Assembly: GCA_905373085.1 (NCBI GenBank)
Contig: CAJPRR010000001.1
Coordinates: 1 to 59,690, forward strand
Length of the DNA stretch: 59,690 bases
Direction: 5' to 3'
From: an uncultured Selenomonas sp.
Lineage (GTDB): Bacteria > Bacillota > Negativicutes > Selenomonadales > Selenomonadaceae
Numbering within the stretch: position 1 is the first letter of the stretch; each line of letters opens with the position of its first letter. Of the stretch, positions 27,954 through 37,192 are shown piece by piece. A program made the translations under genes and the position numbers. The notes below the pieces were generated by a model. The model worked only from the letters and a program-made list of their open reading frames with translations. It ran no database searches and was not told the origin of the DNA.

Positions 27954-30056
27954 ATGGAAACAAATCAGTACATGGACATGTTTTTGGACGAGTCGCGCGA
28001 ACATCTGCAGTCCTTGAACGATGGTCTGCTGAGCCTCGAAAATGACCCGAACGAGGTGTCCGTCGTCAACGAGATCTTTCGCAACGCGCACACGCTGAAG
28101 GGCATGTCGGCGACGATGGGGTTCAACAAGATCGCCGAGCTTACGCATGAGATGGAAGACGTGCTCGACCTCATCCGCAACAACCAGCTCAAGGTGACGG
28201 AAGACATCATTGAGACGATTTTCAAGTGCCTCGACTCCCTGCAGGAAATGATCGAAAACGTCGGCAACGGCGATCCCGAGGATCTCGTCGATGTCTCCGA
28301 CCTCGTGAAGAAGCTCTCCTCCATTTCCAAGGGCGAGCCGCAGCCGGCAGCCGATGCGGCCCCGGCTGCGGCGGAAGCGCCGGCAGCCGAAGCCGCGCCT
28401 GCGTCCTCGCTCGATTATACCGAAGATGACAAGGATGCGATGCGTGCGGCGAAGCAGGGCGGCATGGTCGTCTTCCACATCCACATCCGCCTCGCTGACA
28501 CTTGCCTCTTGAAGGCGGCGCGCACCTACATGGTCATGAACGCCCTCGACGAGATCGGCGACGTCATCAAGTCGGTTCCTTCGACAGAAGACTTGGAAGC
28601 GGAGAAATTCGACCACGATTTCGACCTCGTGCTCGTCACAACGGCCGATGCGCATGCAGTGTCCGATGCGCTCGCGCCCGTCTCCGAGTTGGAAGAGGTG
28701 AAGATCGAGGAGGTCGATCCCGACAATCTCGCCGCTCCTGCGCCTGCACCTGCTCCGGCAGCAGCGGCAGAGCCGCCGAAGGCTGCCGCTCCCGCCCCTG
28801 CAGCACCAGCTCCGGCGGCGAAGCCCGCCGCAAAGCCGGCGGCGAAGCCCGCTGCGAAGGCTCCGGCGAAGCCGGGGGGCGGCGCTGAGAAGAAGCATCA
28901 CGCGAGCCAGTCCGTGCGCGTCGATATCGAGAAGCTCGACAACCTCATGAACCTTGTCGGCGAACTCGTCATCAACAAGGTGCGCCTCGAGCAGATCGGC
29001 ACGACGAACCGCATGCCGGAACTGACGGAGACCTTGGAACAGATGGACCGCGTGACGACGGACTTGCAGAACGTCGTCATGAAGGTGCGCATGGTTCCCG
29101 TCAGCCAGGTGTTCAATCGCTTCCCGCGCATGGTGCGCGACATCGCGAAGGAACTGAACAAGGACATCAACCTCACGGTTGAGGGCGAGGAGACTGAGCT
29201 TGACCGCACGGTCATCGACGAGATTGGCGATCCGTTGATGCACCTGCTGAGAAACTCGCTCGACCACGGCGTCGAGCATCCCGATGACCGCGAGAAGAAG
29301 GGCAAGCCGCGCACGGGCGAGGTCGGACTCATCGCGCGCCACGAGGGCAACAACGTCGTCATCATGGTCACGGACGACGGTGCCGGCATCGATGCCGAGA
29401 AGATTCGTGCGAAGGCTGTCGAGAAGGGGCTTTATACGCAGGAAGAGGCCGACGCGCTTTCCGATGCGGACGCCGTTCGCATCATCTTCGCGCCGGGCTT
29501 TTCGACGGCCGATCATATCACAGACATCTCGGGCCGCGGCGTCGGCATGGACGTCGTGCGCAGCAAGATCGAGTCGCTGGGCGGTCACGTCGACGTCGAG
29601 ACGAAGATCGACGAAGGCTCCGTATTCAAGATCAAGCTGCCGCTGACGCTCGCCATCATCCAGGCGCTCCTCGTCAAGGTGCAGGAAGAGATGTATGCGA
29701 TTCCTCTCGGCTCGATCGACAGCACGATCAATATCCATCCGGATGACATCAAGACGGTGCAGAATCAGGAAGTCATCGTGCTGCGCGGGCAGATCATCCC
29801 GATCATCAACCTCGGCACGGCGCTCCAGGTGCCGCGCACGAAGGAAGAGGACAACGATGACATCTTCGTCGTCGTGGTCTACGTCGGCGAGCGCAAGGCG
29901 GGCATCGTCGTAGACAATCTCATCGGTCAGCAGGAAATCGTCATCAAGACGCTCGGAAAACTCCTTTCCGGACTCAAGATCTTCTCCGGAGCCACCGTGC
30001 TCGGAGATGGCCGTGTCGCCTTGATTTTGGACGTCAGCACGGTCGTGCAGCAGTAA
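27954..30056 (+). CDS. cheA: chemotaxis histidine kinase CheA
   Basis: FRNAHTLKG (HPt), HLLRNSLDHG, DDGAGID, SGRGVGMDVV, C-terminal CheW domain. PAAK-repeat linker. Confidence 0.98.
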   Translation: METNQYMDMFLDESREHLQSLNDGLLSLENDPNEVSVVNEIFRNAHTLKGMSATMGFNKIAELTHEMEDVLDLIRNNQLKVTEDIIETIFKCLDSLQEMIENVGNGDPEDLVDVSDLVKKLSSISKGEPQPAADAAPAAAEAPAAEAAPASSLDYTEDDKDAMRAAKQGGMVVFHIHIRLADTCLLKAARTYMVMNALDEIGDVIKSVPSTEDLEAEKFDHDFDLVLVTTADAHAVSDALAPVSELEEVKIEEVDPDNLAAPAPAPAPAAAAEPPKAAAPAPAAPAPAAKPAAKPAAKPAAKAPAKPGGGAEKKHHASQSVRVDIEKLDNLMNLVGELVINKVRLEQIGTTNRMPELTETLEQMDRVTTDLQNVVMKVRMVPVSQVFNRFPRMVRDIAKELNKDINLTVEGEETELDRTVIDEIGDPLMHLLRNSLDHGVEHPDDREKKGKPRTGEVGLIARHEGNNVVIMVTDDGAGIDAEKIRAKAVEKGLYTQEEADALSDADAVRIIFAPGFSTADHITDISGRGVGMDVVRSKIESLGGHVDVETKIDEGSVFKIKLPLTLAIIQALLVKVQEEMYAIPLGSIDSTINIHPDDIKTVQNQEVIVLRGQIIPIINLGTALQVPRTKEEDNDDIFVVVVYVGERKAGIVVDNLIGQQEIVIKTLGKLLSGLKIFSGATVLGDGRVALILDVSTVVQQ

Positions 30057-30071
30057 GGGGGAGGATCAGAC

Positions 30072-30533
30072 ATGGCTAAGGAAAAGAAGGCAATCATGGA
30101 AGACGTTCAGGTGGCCGCTTTCAAGCTCTTGAAGGAAGAGTACGGCGTCAACATCCTGAACGTGCAGGAAATCAAGGTCTTGACGGACATCACGCGCGTG
30201 CCCTTCGCTCCTGACTACATCAAGGGCGTCATCAACCTGCGCGGCAGCGTCCTTCCCGTCATCGACCTCAAGCGCCGCATCGGTCTGGAGGACGCTCCCT
30301 ATACGGATGCGACGCGCATCATCATCATGAAGATCGGCGAGTTCTCGATCGGCATGATCGTTGACGCCGTGACCGAGGTTCTGACCATCTCCGGGCGTGA
30401 CATCAATGCAGCGAAAGATGTCAGCGACAATACGAGCAACCGCTTTGTCAGCAGCATCGGCAACATTGATGCGCGCTTGATCATCATGCTGAATCTCGAT
30501 GAGATCGTGGACCTGCCGGAAGATATGAAATAA
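30072..30533 (+). CDS. cheW: chemotaxis coupling protein CheW
   Basis: ITRVPFAPDYIKGVINLRGSVLPVIDL. Confidence 0.96.
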   Translation: MAKEKKAIMEDVQVAAFKLLKEEYGVNILNVQEIKVLTDITRVPFAPDYIKGVINLRGSVLPVIDLKRRIGLEDAPYTDATRIIIMKIGEFSIGMIVDAVTEVLTISGRDINAAKDVSDNTSNRFVSSIGNIDARLIIMLNLDEIVDLPEDMK

Positions 30534-30542
30534 GGATTCGTT

Positions 30543-30581
30543 TCCTTCTCCTGCCCCGCAGGGCAGGAGAAGGATATTTCT
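30543..30581 (+). terminator. perfect 14-bp hairpin between cheW and cheC (internal terminator or stabiliser)
   Basis: TCCTTCTCCTGCCC-CGCA-GGGCAGGAGAAGGA followed by TATTTCT. Confidence 0.6.
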
Positions 30582-30614
30582 ATCGAATCATGCCAGTATG
30601 CTAGAGGTGCAGCT

Positions 30615-31232
30615 ATGACGGAAGATATTATCGATCTCTCCCCGGTACAGCTCGATGTGCTGCGGGAAATAGGAAATGTTGGTGCGGGCAACTCTGCGAC
30701 AGCTCTGTCGCAGCTCATCAATCGCCGCATTGATATGAACGTGCCGAAGGTTTCGGTCGTCCCCCTCGACGAGGTTCCCGATCTCGTCGGCGGGCCGGAG
30801 ACGATCGTCGTCGGCGTTTTTCTGCGCGTCTACGGCAAGGCGCCGAGCAACATCCTGTTCCTCATGCCGCAGGACAGCGCCTTCTACCTCGTCGACGCCC
30901 TCATGGGCAAGGAGTCGGGGGAGACGACGCATCTCGACATGATGGCGGAGTCCGCCCTGATGGAAATCGGCAACATCTTGGCCGGCGCCTATCTCAACGC
31001 GCTTTACAGCTTCACGAACCTCTCGCTCATCCCGTCGATTCCTGCGCTCGCCATGGATATGGCGGGTGCGATTCTGAACGTCGTGCTCGTGCAGCTCGGC
31101 CAGATGGGCGATCATGCAATGGTCATCGAGACGGAGTTCCTCGCCGAAGACGATGAACTGCGCGGACACTTCTTCCTTGTGCCGGATCCAGGCTCCATGG
31201 AAATGATTCTTTCTGCAGTGGGGGTTGGATGA
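30615..31232 (+). CDS. cheC: CheY-P phosphatase CheC
   Basis: Two EIGN motifs (LREIGNVGAG and LMEIGNIL). Confidence 0.95.
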   Translation: MTEDIIDLSPVQLDVLREIGNVGAGNSATALSQLINRRIDMNVPKVSVVPLDEVPDLVGGPETIVVGVFLRVYGKAPSNILFLMPQDSAFYLVDALMGKESGETTHLDMMAESALMEIGNILAGAYLNALYSFTNLSLIPSIPALAMDMAGAILNVVLVQLGQMGDHAMVIETEFLAEDDELRGHFFLVPDPGSMEMILSAVGVG

Positions 31233-31233
31233 T

Positions 31234-31719
31234 ATGGCTGATATGTTACGCGTAGGAATCGCGGATTACAAGGTCGGCAAGGCTCCGCAGCAGATCATCA
31301 GCTACGGTCTTGGCTCCTGCATCGGCATATCCCTCTACGATCCGCAGACGAAGGTCGGCGGCCTCGTGCACATCATGCTGCCGGACAGCACGCAGGCGAG
31401 AGCGCACGAGAATCATGCGAAGTTTGCTGATACGGGCGTGCCTTTGTTGCTCGGCGAGGTCTTGAAGCTCGGCGCGGCGAAGAGCCGCCTCGTCGCGAAG
31501 ATCGCGGGCGGTGCGCAGATGTTCTCGTTTGCCAATGCGTCCGACGTCATGCGCGTGGGCCTTCGGAATGCGGAAGCCGCAAAGAAGGCGCTCGCCAAAG
31601 AAGGCATACGCATCGTCGCCGAGGATACGGGCGGCACGTACGGCCGCACGGTACAGATCGACTTGGCCACAGGAGATTACAAGGTCAAGACGATCGACCG
31701 CGGAGAAAAGATTATTTAG
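31234..31719 (+). CDS. cheD: chemoreceptor glutamine deamidase CheD
   Basis: GLGSCIG, HIMLP, KFAD, AKIAGGAQMF, EDTGG..GRT. Confidence 0.96.
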   Translation: MADMLRVGIADYKVGKAPQQIISYGLGSCIGISLYDPQTKVGGLVHIMLPDSTQARAHENHAKFADTGVPLLLGEVLKLGAAKSRLVAKIAGGAQMFSFANASDVMRVGLRNAEAAKKALAKEGIRIVAEDTGGTYGRTVQIDLATGDYKVKTIDRGEKII

Positions 31720-31732
31720 CGGGGGATGGACT

Positions 31733-32119
31733 TTGTTTAAGATTGGAACAGCGCTTGTCACGGGCGTCCTTGCAGCCTTCCTCACCGTTTTGACCGCCGT
31801 TTCCGCAGGCGCACGGTTTTCCACTGCGGCGGGGAGGAGCATCGCGGTGCTTCTCGTCGTCGCCGCTCTCGTCTTCCTCGCCGCATTCCTGTTGGAAAAG
31901 CAGTTTCCCGCTCTTTTTGCGCGGGCGTCTTCTGAGGGAATTCCGACGGCGAAAGAGGGAAAACCGCCCGAGGCGGCGAATGATAAAGATGGGACGGAAG
32001 AATCGCTTGAGACGGAAGAAGACGGGGAAGCAGCAGGAGCGCGAGCAGAAGGTCAAGAACAGGATGCAGGGATGGAAGTCATGGAAGAGCCTGCCGCTGC
32101 CGTTCCGCGAGGAGAATGA
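31733..32119 (+). CDS. hypothetical membrane protein (two TM helices plus acidic tail)
   Basis: TTG start after GGGGGATGG. Two hydrophobic helices. Fills the cheD-fliA gap. Confidence 0.7.
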   Translation: MFKIGTALVTGVLAAFLTVLTAVSAGARFSTAAGRSIAVLLVVAALVFLAAFLLEKQFPALFARASSEGIPTAKEGKPPEAANDKDGTEESLETEEDGEAAGARAEGQEQDAGMEVMEEPAAAVPRGE

Positions 32120-32142
32120 TGAGACGAGGAGGCGGCTGATTG

Positions 32143-32901
32143 ATGAAAAAGGCAGAACCTCCCTCCGCGGAAATCCAAGATCTTTGGGCGCTTTACCGGG
32201 AAACGCGGGCGCCGGAAATTCGCGACAAGATTGTCGAAAAATACCTGCCGCTCGTCAACATCATTGCGGGGCGCGTCGTTGTCGGCCTGCCCGCACATGT
32301 TGATCGGGACGATCTCGTTTCGAGCGGCTTTTTTGGTCTGCTCGACGCGATCGAGCGCTACGACGTCGAGCGCGGCAACAAATTTGAGACGTATGGCGGC
32401 GTGCGCATCCGCGGCGCCATGCTCGATTATCTGCGCACGATGGATTGGATTCCGGTATCGAAAAGGCAGAAGATTCGGCGTTACGAACAGGCAGTGACAG
32501 CTCTCGAAGGCCGTCTGGGGCGCTCGGCGACGGACGACGAGCTTGCCGCCGAGCTGAAGATATCGAAGAAGGAACTGCACGATCTCGTCTCGCAGACGAA
32601 CATCGCGACAGTCATTCCGCTCGAAGAGTACGTCCGCACGGAATCCCCGTCATCACAGACGATCGATCCTGAAGAGAATGCGGAGAAGAACGAACTGCGC
32701 GACACCTTGGCGGAAGCCATCGACCAGCTTCCGGAAAAGGAACGCACGGTCGTCTCTCTTTACTATTATGAGGAACTCACCCTGAAGGAAATCAGTCTCA
32801 TCCTGCATCTTTCAGAGGCGCGGATTTCCCAGCTCCATACGAAAGCCGTATTTCGGCTCCGGGGCTTTTTGGCGAGATGGAAAACAAGCCTCATGGAATG
32901 A
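32143..32901 (+). CDS. fliA: flagellar sigma factor sigma28 (FliA/SigD)
   Basis: DDLVSSGFFGLLDAIERYD, RIRGAMLDYLR..DW, LTLKEI..LSEARISQLH. Confidence 0.96.
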   Translation: MKKAEPPSAEIQDLWALYRETRAPEIRDKIVEKYLPLVNIIAGRVVVGLPAHVDRDDLVSSGFFGLLDAIERYDVERGNKFETYGGVRIRGAMLDYLRTMDWIPVSKRQKIRRYEQAVTALEGRLGRSATDDELAAELKISKKELHDLVSQTNIATVIPLEEYVRTESPSSQTIDPEENAEKNELRDTLAEAIDQLPEKERTVVSLYYYEELTLKEISLILHLSEARISQLHTKAVFRLRGFLARWKTSLME

Positions 32902-32924
32902 GGCAAGAAGGAGGCAGAAAGAGC

Positions 32925-34316
32925 ATGAGCGAACAGGGAAGGTCCAACGGGGAGCGTCCTGTCTACAGCAAGATCAATGTCCACGTCAGTTCGGACAAGA
33001 TGGTGGCGACGGTCGGCTTCGACCACACGGACTCCAACGCCCGCCCGACGCCGGAGATGATCAAGAAGGCGCTCCAAGACAAGGGTGTCGTCTTCGGCTT
33101 CGACGAGGCGGCAATCGAGCAGGGCGCGAAGGACGGACAGGATTTCGAGGCGGCGTTCGGCAAGGAGCCGCAGCATGGCGAGGACGCCTATCTGAAGAAG
33201 AACTACGACCTCGGCGTAAAGGGACGCCCCAAGACGGATGAATATGACCGTGCGGACTACAAGAACATGAACCTCTTCGTGCTCGTGAAGCAGGGGGAAC
33301 TTCTCGCCGAAAGGGTCTTGCAGACGGACGGGGAACCCGGCATGAACGTGCTCGGCGTCAAAGTCAATCAGAAGAAGGGTCGTCCGCTCGTGTTCAAGGC
33401 GGGCAAGAATTCCTCGATTCGCGACGAGAACTTCCTCTATGCCGATATCGACGGACAAATCGTCGATACGGGCAAGGTCATCGGCGTCGACCCGCGTCTC
33501 GTCATCAAGGAAGATGTGGGCGTCGGCACGGGCAACATCGAGTTTACGGGAGCGGTCGCCGTCCAAGGAAGCGTGCAGGCGGGCTTCGTCGTCAAGGCTA
33601 CGGGAGACATCGAGGTCGGCGGCATCGTCTCGGGCGCCGAAGTCGAGGGAAACAACATTCTCGTCAAGGGCGGCATCCAAGGCATGAACCGCGGCTTTGT
33701 CAAGGCGAAGGGAACGCTCACGGCTTTCTTTGCGGAGAATGCAGAGATCGAAGCGGGTCAGAATGTCATGATTGCCGACGTCGTCCTGAACTCGCAGGTG
33801 CGGGCGGGCAAGAAAGTCACGGTGCTGGGAAAGCGCGGGCAGATCATGGGCGGCTCGACGTTTGCTGGCGAAGAGATCGAAGCGACGCAGATCGGCAACT
33901 CGGCGAATGTTGCGACGAAGCTCGAAGTCGGCGTCAACCCGATGGTGCAGCGCCAGTACAAGACGGTTTGTCAGGAATATGGCGACACGAAGAAGAAGCT
34001 TGATGAGATCAAGAAGACGCTCGCGACACTCGGCAAGGTCGATCTCAGCAAGCTGCCGCCCGAGAGGCAGGAAATGGTCGCGCAATTGGGAAAGGTGCGC
34101 TTCCAGGTAGAAGGGCAGTTGGAGCGTCTTTTGGAAGAGATGGACGAGTTGGAGGAAAAGATCCAAGGCATGAAGCGCGGCCGCATTCGCGCCGCCGAGA
34201 CGATCTATCCGGGAGTGAAGCTCAAGATCAACAACGTCATCAAGAATATCCATACAGAGGAAAAGCGCTGCACGCTGAGCGTGGAAGGCGACCAGATCCG
34301 CACGGGCGCTTACTGA
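32925..34316 (+). CDS. DUF342 / FapA-family protein
   Basis: SSDKMVA N-terminus, DVGVGTGNIEFTG beta-solenoid, TKLEVG, IYPGV. Follows fliA. Confidence 0.9.
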   Translation: MSEQGRSNGERPVYSKINVHVSSDKMVATVGFDHTDSNARPTPEMIKKALQDKGVVFGFDEAAIEQGAKDGQDFEAAFGKEPQHGEDAYLKKNYDLGVKGRPKTDEYDRADYKNMNLFVLVKQGELLAERVLQTDGEPGMNVLGVKVNQKKGRPLVFKAGKNSSIRDENFLYADIDGQIVDTGKVIGVDPRLVIKEDVGVGTGNIEFTGAVAVQGSVQAGFVVKATGDIEVGGIVSGAEVEGNNILVKGGIQGMNRGFVKAKGTLTAFFAENAEIEAGQNVMIADVVLNSQVRAGKKVTVLGKRGQIMGGSTFAGEEIEATQIGNSANVATKLEVGVNPMVQRQYKTVCQEYGDTKKKLDEIKKTLATLGKVDLSKLPPERQEMVAQLGKVRFQVEGQLERLLEEMDELEEKIQGMKRGRIRAAETIYPGVKLKINNVIKNIHTEEKRCTLSVEGDQIRTGAY

Positions 34317-34375
34317 TGGCTCGTGCTCTTGCGAAGGGCTTCCTCTGACGACGCTTGGAAAGGACGGTGGGATGC

Positions 34376-34711
34376 ATGGATGTAACCCCGATGAGTTTGC
34401 AGGCAATCGTGCCACGCACCTCGGAAGCGACGCAGGTGCAGCACAATATGAATCAGCAGTCGGCTTTGCAGCAGGACTTTCAGGCTGTGCGCGACAAGCA
34501 GGAAACGGCGCTGAAGCAGACGCAGGTCAGGAAGAAGGATCAAGCCGAAGAAGAGCGCATCAAGGACGACCCCGAACGCCGCAAGAAGCAGGGACGCGGC
34601 AGGCGAGGCGCGGGAGGCGGCCGCCATGCCGAAGCGGCGGAGGAGGAAGCGCCGACGGAGAGGTTTGCCGTCGATGTGTTCCGCGGACGCAATATTGATA
34701 TATCCACGTAA
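34376..34711 (+). CDS. hypothetical flagellar-cluster protein
   Basis: RBS GAAAGGACGG. Gln-rich N-half, charged C-half, ends GRNIDIST. Confidence 0.7.
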   Translation: MDVTPMSLQAIVPRTSEATQVQHNMNQQSALQQDFQAVRDKQETALKQTQVRKKDQAEEERIKDDPERRKKQGRGRRGAGGGRHAEAAEEEAPTERFAVDVFRGRNIDIST

Positions 34712-34717
34712 GGAATG

Positions 34718-34766
34718 AAACGGGGCTGTCATAAGTCGTAGCCGACTCATGTGACAGCCCCATTTT
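34718..34766. repeat. long palindrome GGGGCTGTCA...TGACAGCCCC (terminator-like or miniature repeat)
   Basis: GGGGCTGTCA (34722-31) pairs with TGACAGCCCC (34752-61). Inner AGTCG-TAGC-CGACT. Flanked by AAA and TTTT. Confidence 0.65.
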
Positions 34767-34820
34767 GAGGGGAGAGCTGAGTTTTTCAGCGCTTCTTGAA
34801 GATAAGGGGAGCTGCGAGAA

Positions 34821-35903
34821 GTGATCACGGAAATTTTGGGCGCATTGATTGTCTTGGGGGCGGCGCTCGTCTTCATCATGCGGCGTCTTTTGAGCAAGGG
34901 GAAGGCGAAGGAAAAGGAATCGGTCGAAGTTTCTGCGAACCGTCTGCGCTATGAGATCGAACGCTCGGGCGACGCCGTCATCGGCAGGATGCAGATTCAT
35001 GTCGAACGGCTGGAGCGCATTTTGGCGGAGGCGAATGCGCAGAAGGCGGCCTTGGACGAGCGTCTCGCCGCCTTGGCGCAGTGGGAGAAGGCCTATGGCG
35101 CACGGCTCGGCGCTCTGCCGCAGCAGATGGAATTTGCGCCTGTGTCGCCTTCTGCAGCAGCACAGGTCCCTCCTGCCCATTCTACAGCAGCGCGTCGTGC
35201 ACCTGCAGCGGCGCAGCGGACGGCTGCGTCCGTCATTTCCGCTCCCTCCGCTTCTGGATTTGCAGCATCATCCGCTGCCCCTGCGGCGTCAGTTGCCATT
35301 GGTACGGGAGAAACAGCCCCGAGCTTTCAAGAGGCGCTTATGAAGCAGATGGAGGGAGGCTCGATCGGCAGATCCGTCGATCTGCAGCTGCCTCCTGAAG
35401 ACGTGGAGGCGGCCGGGGCGGCGAACGCTTCGCATGGCGCTGCGATGGCGCGGGAAAACGCGCATCGCGAGCTTCAGGCGCATGAAGATGCTGCGTCACC
35501 TGCATCGTTCGCTGAGGATGCGCCGAATGAGATGGAGGATGATGAGACGTACGAGTACGAAGATGAAGAAGACGGCGAAGCGTCGGAGGAAGAGTACGAA
35601 GAGTCAGTGACAGAAGAGGAAGAGGAATACGGAGACGATGAATCGGTGGACGAGGAAGAGCCGCCTGAGGAGGCTGCGGGCGAGGATCTGACTGCTGTGC
35701 AGGAAGAGGAAGATGTGGAAGACCCGTCGCCTGAAGCATCGCCGAACCGTCAGCAAGAGCAGATCCGTGCTTTCCTGCGCCAGGGAATGAGCGTCGAGGA
35801 GATATCGCAGCGATTGGGACTCGGACTCGGCGCCATCGAGCTTGTGCGTCACATGGAGAAGCGTGCGCACGAAGCAAAGGATCGAGAGGCGCACGAAGCG
35901 TAA
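34821..35903 (+). CDS. SwrB/YlxL-like membrane-anchored protein
   Basis: N-terminal TM helix, coiled coil, long Ala/Glu-rich linker, C-terminal HTH-like GMSVEEISQRLGLGLGAIELV. Last gene of the cluster. Confidence 0.7.
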   Translation: MITEILGALIVLGAALVFIMRRLLSKGKAKEKESVEVSANRLRYEIERSGDAVIGRMQIHVERLERILAEANAQKAALDERLAALAQWEKAYGARLGALPQQMEFAPVSPSAAAQVPPAHSTAARRAPAAAQRTAASVISAPSASGFAASSAAPAASVAIGTGETAPSFQEALMKQMEGGSIGRSVDLQLPPEDVEAAGAANASHGAAMARENAHRELQAHEDAASPASFAEDAPNEMEDDETYEYEDEEDGEASEEEYEESVTEEEEEYGDDESVDEEEPPEEAAGEDLTAVQEEEDVEDPSPEASPNRQQEQIRAFLRQGMSVEEISQRLGLGLGAIELVRHMEKRAHEAKDREAHEA

Positions 35904-35931
35904 CAAAAGGGCTTGGCAAAATGCCAAGCCC
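35902..35931 (-). terminator. terminator of the tRNA operon (possibly bidirectional)
   Basis: GGGCTTGGCA-AAA-TGCCAAGCCC, with TTTTGTT following on the minus strand. Confidence 0.7.
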
Positions 35932-35942
35932 CGCAATATTCA

Positions 35943-36019
<77 letters not shown>

Positions 36020-36021
36020 GA

Positions 36022-36098
36022 TGGTCGGAGCAGCAGGATTTGAACCTGCGACCCCCTGGTCCCAAGCCAGGTGCTCTGCCAAACTGAGCCATGCCCCG
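36022..36098 (-). tRNA. tRNA-Pro (anticodon TGG)
   Basis: Reverse complement CGGGGCATGGCTCAGTTTGGCAGAGCACCTGGCT-TGG-GACCAGGGGGTCGCAGGTTCAAATCCTGCTGCTCCGACCA, 77 nt. Confidence 0.96.
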
Positions 36099-36132
36099 AA
36101 AACGCCGATGCATCGCACCGCGCAATAAAGAA

Positions 36133-36161
36133 ATTATAAAGGACGCCGGGAGCTTTGTCAA
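36133..36161 (-). promoter_or_regulatory. consensus sigmaA promoter of the tRNA-Pro/Arg operon
   Basis: TTGACA-17 bp-TATAAT on the minus strand, a perfect match. Confidence 0.9.
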
Positions 36162-36230
36162 GGATTTGTCCCAAAGCGGCGGTTGCAGCAGAAAACTCTT
36201 GAGAGAATCGTGAGGAAAGAAGGCAAGTAT

Positions 36231-37160
36231 ATGGCGCATAAAGGTTACAAGCTCCACGAGGGAGTGAAGACGGCGGGAACTGCCCTGAGACGGGCGGCAA
36301 GCCTCGGCGTGCTTGCGGCGGAAAATGCCGCGTGCGCAGAGCGCGAGGAACGAGACGCCATTCTCGTCATGAGTTTTGGCACGACCTTCAAGGAGACGCG
36401 CAAGAAGACGATCGACGCTGTGACAGAAGAGGTGCAGCACACGTATCCCGCCGTCAAGGTCGTGCTCGCCTTCACGTCGCACATCGTCATCGAGCGCGTG
36501 AAGAAGAACGAGGGCGTCCTCTATCCTACGCCCGAGGAGGCGCTGCAAAAGCTCAGGGATGAGGGCTGTACGCGCGTCGCTCTCGTCTCGCTTGACATCA
36601 TCCCGGGCATCGAGTACGCTTACAAGAAGGAAGTCTTCGACGAATGCAAGTCATGGTTTCATCGCATGACGCTCGGCACGCCGCTCGTCTATTGGCAGGG
36701 CCAGGAGGAAAAGCGCGACGACGTCGCAGATGTCATGGCGGCTGTCGCGAAGGAGCTGCCGGCGCGTGCCGAAGACGAAGCCGTGCTCCTCATGGCGCAC
36801 GGCACGCCGCATCCGGCAAACGCTTATTACGCTGTCATGCAGGATCGCTTGGAAAAGCTCGGCGAGGAGCGCGTCTATATCTACACCGTCGAAGGCCGGC
36901 CGCATCTCGACGACGTCGTGCCGAAGCTCAAGGAAGCGGGCATAAGGAAGGTCACGCTCGCGCCGCTGATGCTCGTGGCGGGCGATCATGCGACGAACGA
37001 TATGGCGGGCGAGGAGCCGGACTCGCACAAATCACTTTTGGAGCGCGAAGGCTTTTGCGTGCAGACGATTCTCAAGGGCATCGGAGAGAATGCCGCCGTG
37101 CGCAAAATTTTTGCGGCACGGGCAGCCGAGGCCTATGAGGCGCTGCTCGGGAAAGATTGA
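36231..37160 (+). CDS. cbiK: sirohydrochlorin cobaltochelatase (CbiK family)
   Basis: AILVMSFGTT, AFTS, MAHGT and VAGDHA (the two metal-binding His), GIGE. Confidence 0.92.
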   Translation: MAHKGYKLHEGVKTAGTALRRAASLGVLAAENAACAEREERDAILVMSFGTTFKETRKKTIDAVTEEVQHTYPAVKVVLAFTSHIVIERVKKNEGVLYPTPEEALQKLRDEGCTRVALVSLDIIPGIEYAYKKEVFDECKSWFHRMTLGTPLVYWQGQEEKRDDVADVMAAVAKELPARAEDEAVLLMAHGTPHPANAYYAVMQDRLEKLGEERVYIYTVEGRPHLDDVVPKLKEAGIRKVTLAPLMLVAGDHATNDMAGEEPDSHKSLLEREGFCVQTILKGIGENAAVRKIFAARAAEAYEALLGKD

Positions 37161-37192
37161 AACAAGGATTTCAAAAAGAAAGGTTCAAGGAA

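Noticed and set aside
28730..28880. Tandem 12-bp repeats in cheA (PAAK) and in fliY (CCAATGCCAGCA x2 near 17806)
   Set aside because: These are in-frame low-complexity linker repeats common in these proteins, not CRISPR or contingency loci.
22256..29738. Long antisense ORFs (e.g. 22256-24172 and 27741-29738; also 3998-5749, 8127-9812, 32766-34415)
   Set aside because: They are shadows of GC3-biased sense genes, with no recognisable motifs or RBS.
30563..30590. sigmaH-like promoter before cheC
   Set aside because: The spacer is only 10 bp and the -35 is explained by the hairpin arm.
36100..36230. Cobalamin riboswitch or Fur box before cbiK
   Set aside because: The spacer is only ~130 bp and mostly tRNA promoter. 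No B12-box or GATAATGATAATCATTATC-like match.
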